Program-made: the position numbers and the translations under genes
Shown: in pieces, positions 60,951 through 64,000 of the stretch
Layout of the letters: each line of letters begins with the position of its first letter
How positions within the stretch are numbered: the stretch's first letter is position 1
The notes under the pieces: model-generated
What the model was told of the DNA's origin: nothing
Databases searched by the model: none
Seen by the model: the letters and a program-made list of their open reading frames with translations, nothing else
Assembly (NCBI RefSeq): GCF_964188315.1
Contig: NC_135656.1
Span: 74,276,001-74,340,000 of the forward strand
Length of the DNA stretch: 64,000 nt
Direction of reading: 5' to 3'
Source of the DNA: Podarcis muralis
Taxonomy: Eukaryota

Positions 60951-63900
60951 TGTCGCCCCTCACCCACTCCATGTTTCACACTGCACTATTTGCAAGTTCA
61001 ACTTTCAGTAACAGCAGATTTAGCTGTGCTTTAAAACTAGGCTTACGCTTTATCTATTATGAAAGCTTCCCCCACTCTTTCTCTCTAAGGAATATTTATT
61101 GATGGGCAGCTATATAAATTTAAATTAAATGCATAGCCCGAATTAAAGATTTGTTCACCTTTCTTCTCCAAACTAGTTTTTCTAGTCTCACCTCATTTTA
61201 CTGATTTTGCTGATTCTCCTGACTTCTGCTATATTTTCTGTTACTTCTTTTCATGGTTATATAATGACCCAAAGGCTTTAGCCGGCGCTTGTTGAGATGA
61301 TGCTTCATGGTGCCCTTGATCCTTTCAGTTGCCCTCTCTGTAACTTTTGAATGTCTATGAAGCTGTATCAGTCTATTAGTCTGTTGTCCAGTGTTCTCTT
61401 TTGACCACCTGTACCTTTCCAAGATCCAAAGTTCTTTCTTAGCCCTGTAGCTCTTTACCTGGAGAAGTCTGGGAATGAACACAGGGCTCTATCACCAAGC
61501 CCACTTTCTGCTAGATTTTTGGTACCTTTTGGAACAAAATAACCAGAAATGTAAACTACTCTAATTTTTCTGCACTGTAGATTTCTTCGATAATGACATT
61601 ATATTTATTTCTGCTCTCTTTCATTGTGATAACCTTTAATACTGGGTTCGCCTTATGCAAGGAGTTCTCTAATATGTAGCTCTCCCGTTTTGCATAACTG
61701 GCAACAATAAAATGTGTTGTGGACTAAGCCATAGCTCCTATTGCAGAATAGCATTTTATCCTTGTGCTTTTAAAACTAATGTACGTTCCTAATTATATAA
61801 CTTCCTGTTCCTATGAATGATTTCCTCACAGCACTATTTGCACAAGCTAGCAATTTACTTTTAAACTGAAACTAGTCTTCAGCTGTGGAATGTATTGTAA
61901 GAAAATCAGCAGAGTCCTGAATTTCTAAGTTCAGGAGAAACTTCTTTTGAGATGTAAATAGATGAAACTTCATTAGAATTGAGGCGTAAGGTTTTGACAC
62001 CTTACACAGAAAATCGAAAAAGAAAAACCCAGAAGAAATACAAAAGGGAGAATTACTCCTGCTCCTGTGAGTCTCCTGGTTAGCCTTCATTTGGCACTGC
62101 TCCATGAACACCATCGGTCAGAGGACAAAGGGTCATTGGGAACTTGCACTTCCTAACTCCCAGGAAGAATGTCACATCAAAGGGAAAAGCAACTTGGCAC
62201 CCTACCCATTGCCCAGAGAAGGTCTGCTCCATCTGCCAACTGCCCTGGGATTGCAGAGCAGATGAGAAGCTCGCTTTGGCCGTTGCCATCAGCAGAGGAC
62301 TAAGGGCTGCTGTGTGTGTACGTGTGTAGTTCTGCTTGCGTGTGTTTTCTCTGTTTTGTACTGTTTCAGTCTGCCTTGTTGGTTCAATTCAGAAAGCCAG
62401 AGTAGTATAAAACTTCCAAATGAATAAATCAAGCAGGTGTGCCTGTAGCCAGGCTCATGTTCCATTTCTTAACTGGGATCGTCACTTTCAGTCATTTCAA
62501 ATGCAGTGCACTCTTTAGGAAGGTACACACTGGTGTAGGAAAAATCAACCCACAACCTTGTGTATGCTGGTGAACATCATCACGTCAAGGGTCCCTCTGT
62601 TGCATGTATGGCTTGTTGGACATTCACTGCCAATAGTGCCTTCAGGTTTTGCTCCTGGCATTAGGCAGAATGAGGCAGAGGCAGCCACCTCAAGCAGCTG
62701 ATTTTGGGTGTCACAAAAGAGATGAAAATCATTAGGTATTTTTTATACTGTTGGGGAAGTGTTTGTGCATTTTATTTCTGCCTCAGGTGCCCAAATCAGT
62801 TTGCTGGCCTTTAGGACTATAACACCCCCCCCCCCGTCTCTCTCTCCCCCCCTCTCTCTGTGTATGTGTGTGTAGGCCCCATTTGCTGGTCTGCCTCAGG
62901 CAGCTGAGTGCCCTAGGCTGGTCCTTTCTATTTAGTGTTCCTTCTCCAGAACAAATACACACTACAAATTTCACACCTGGCAATGTATATTACATGCACA
63001 CTTTCTCCCCCTGCATCAATGTACATACATACTGAAAAAGTATTGGAGTGAACCTATATTTTATGTGGCAATGCATTACAATGTTTTTTTCTTCCCTCTG
63101 CAGTAAGAGTGTAAAATGTGAGTGGCAGCCGTGCCTTATTGAATACCCATGATAAATGTGCTTATGAGCTCTGCTTGGGCCACAGATCTCTAGTGCATGT
63201 GAATGATGCGCCTCTGCCATTCATACTTCCAGCTTGCTTTGGGAAGCATCACCCCATTGTGAGCACAATTGTTGAATGAAGTGTAGAGCTTGCAGGCACA
63301 ACCAGCAAGAAGGAAGAGTAGCTTTTGCGTCCCAATATAAAGCCCTGCATTGGTTTGAGGTGTGTTGCAGGAGATTTTTTACCCTACATTCGTAAGGGGA
63401 CTGTATTGCTTGAAGGACTATTTAATGAGGATTTTTTGGGAAGGTTTGGGGAGCCTTTCCTATAAATTACTAGTAAGCTCACTGAAATGTCTGACTCTGG
63501 AGCCTGGCAATCATGTGTGATCAGCCACGTGAATGAAGAACTCCAGGGATCAAAAAAAGAATCACAGGAACAGTTTGTGAATTATTTACAGGCTCTCTAA
63601 AATCAGTCGCTGAATAATTGAACATGATGAACAAAGTCATTAAAAAAGTGCAGATTCTCTTAGTAAATTTATGAATGGAAAAAGCAAATGGATAAAGCTG
63701 TTTAATAAATCACTTGGTGCGAGCAGTTGAACCAGTTCTGGTTCCACTTCTACGAGAGAGAAGGGGTGGCGGTGAGTTGTTTCAGTTGAGTTGTCCAGTG
63801 CCAGTGGATAATTAAGAAAACTTGTTTTTTATTGCTTTTAAAAATAATCAAACTTCAGAAGGTGAAGTTGCTTTAAACATAGTTCTTGAGTACTTCTCTG

Positions 63901-64000
63901 ACACCTTCAGAAAATGCTTATTAGTTGGAAGAACACCAGCTCTTTCCAGTAGCCAAGTGAGTGACAGTACCAGCAGTGTGGTTTGAGTTGGCCCAGAAGC

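Noticed and set aside
61198-61482. Minus-strand ORF as an RTE/Vingi LINE C-terminus
   Set aside because: There is only a vague resemblance (KRRLKPLGHY), too weak to call.

Overview
Vertebrate genomic DNA, most likely a lacertid lizard (Podarcis/Lacerta/Zootoca-like). This is inferred from the Sauria SINE, CR1, L2, L1 and hAT/Mariner MITE content. The only intact host gene I can support is DUSP7 (MKP-X/PYST2) on the + strand: three coding exons (24077-24491, 28666-29094, 33075-33382) give 1152 nt, or 383 aa plus stop, with a CpG-island promoter and a ~2.2 kb 3'UTR. The rest is intergenic or intronic and rich in transposon relics, with one 172-bp N gap. Most notable observations: (1) a ~1-kb processed retrocopy of an acidic protein gene (resembling, from memory only, fish 'oogenesis-related'/org) inserted with a 9-bp TSD into the RT of a DIRS/Ngaro-type retrotransposon; (2) a spacer-less 250-bp palindrome made of two Penelope-like termini, each carrying a minimal hammerhead-ribozyme core, inside a (TA)n tract; (3) a four-layer nested TE stack upstream of DUSP7; (4) a repeat-free upstream block with an ETS/AP-1 composite site, a plausible ERK-feedback enhancer. 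No rRNA, true tRNA or CRISPR array is present. Family names for repeats come from recalled consensus features, not from a database search.
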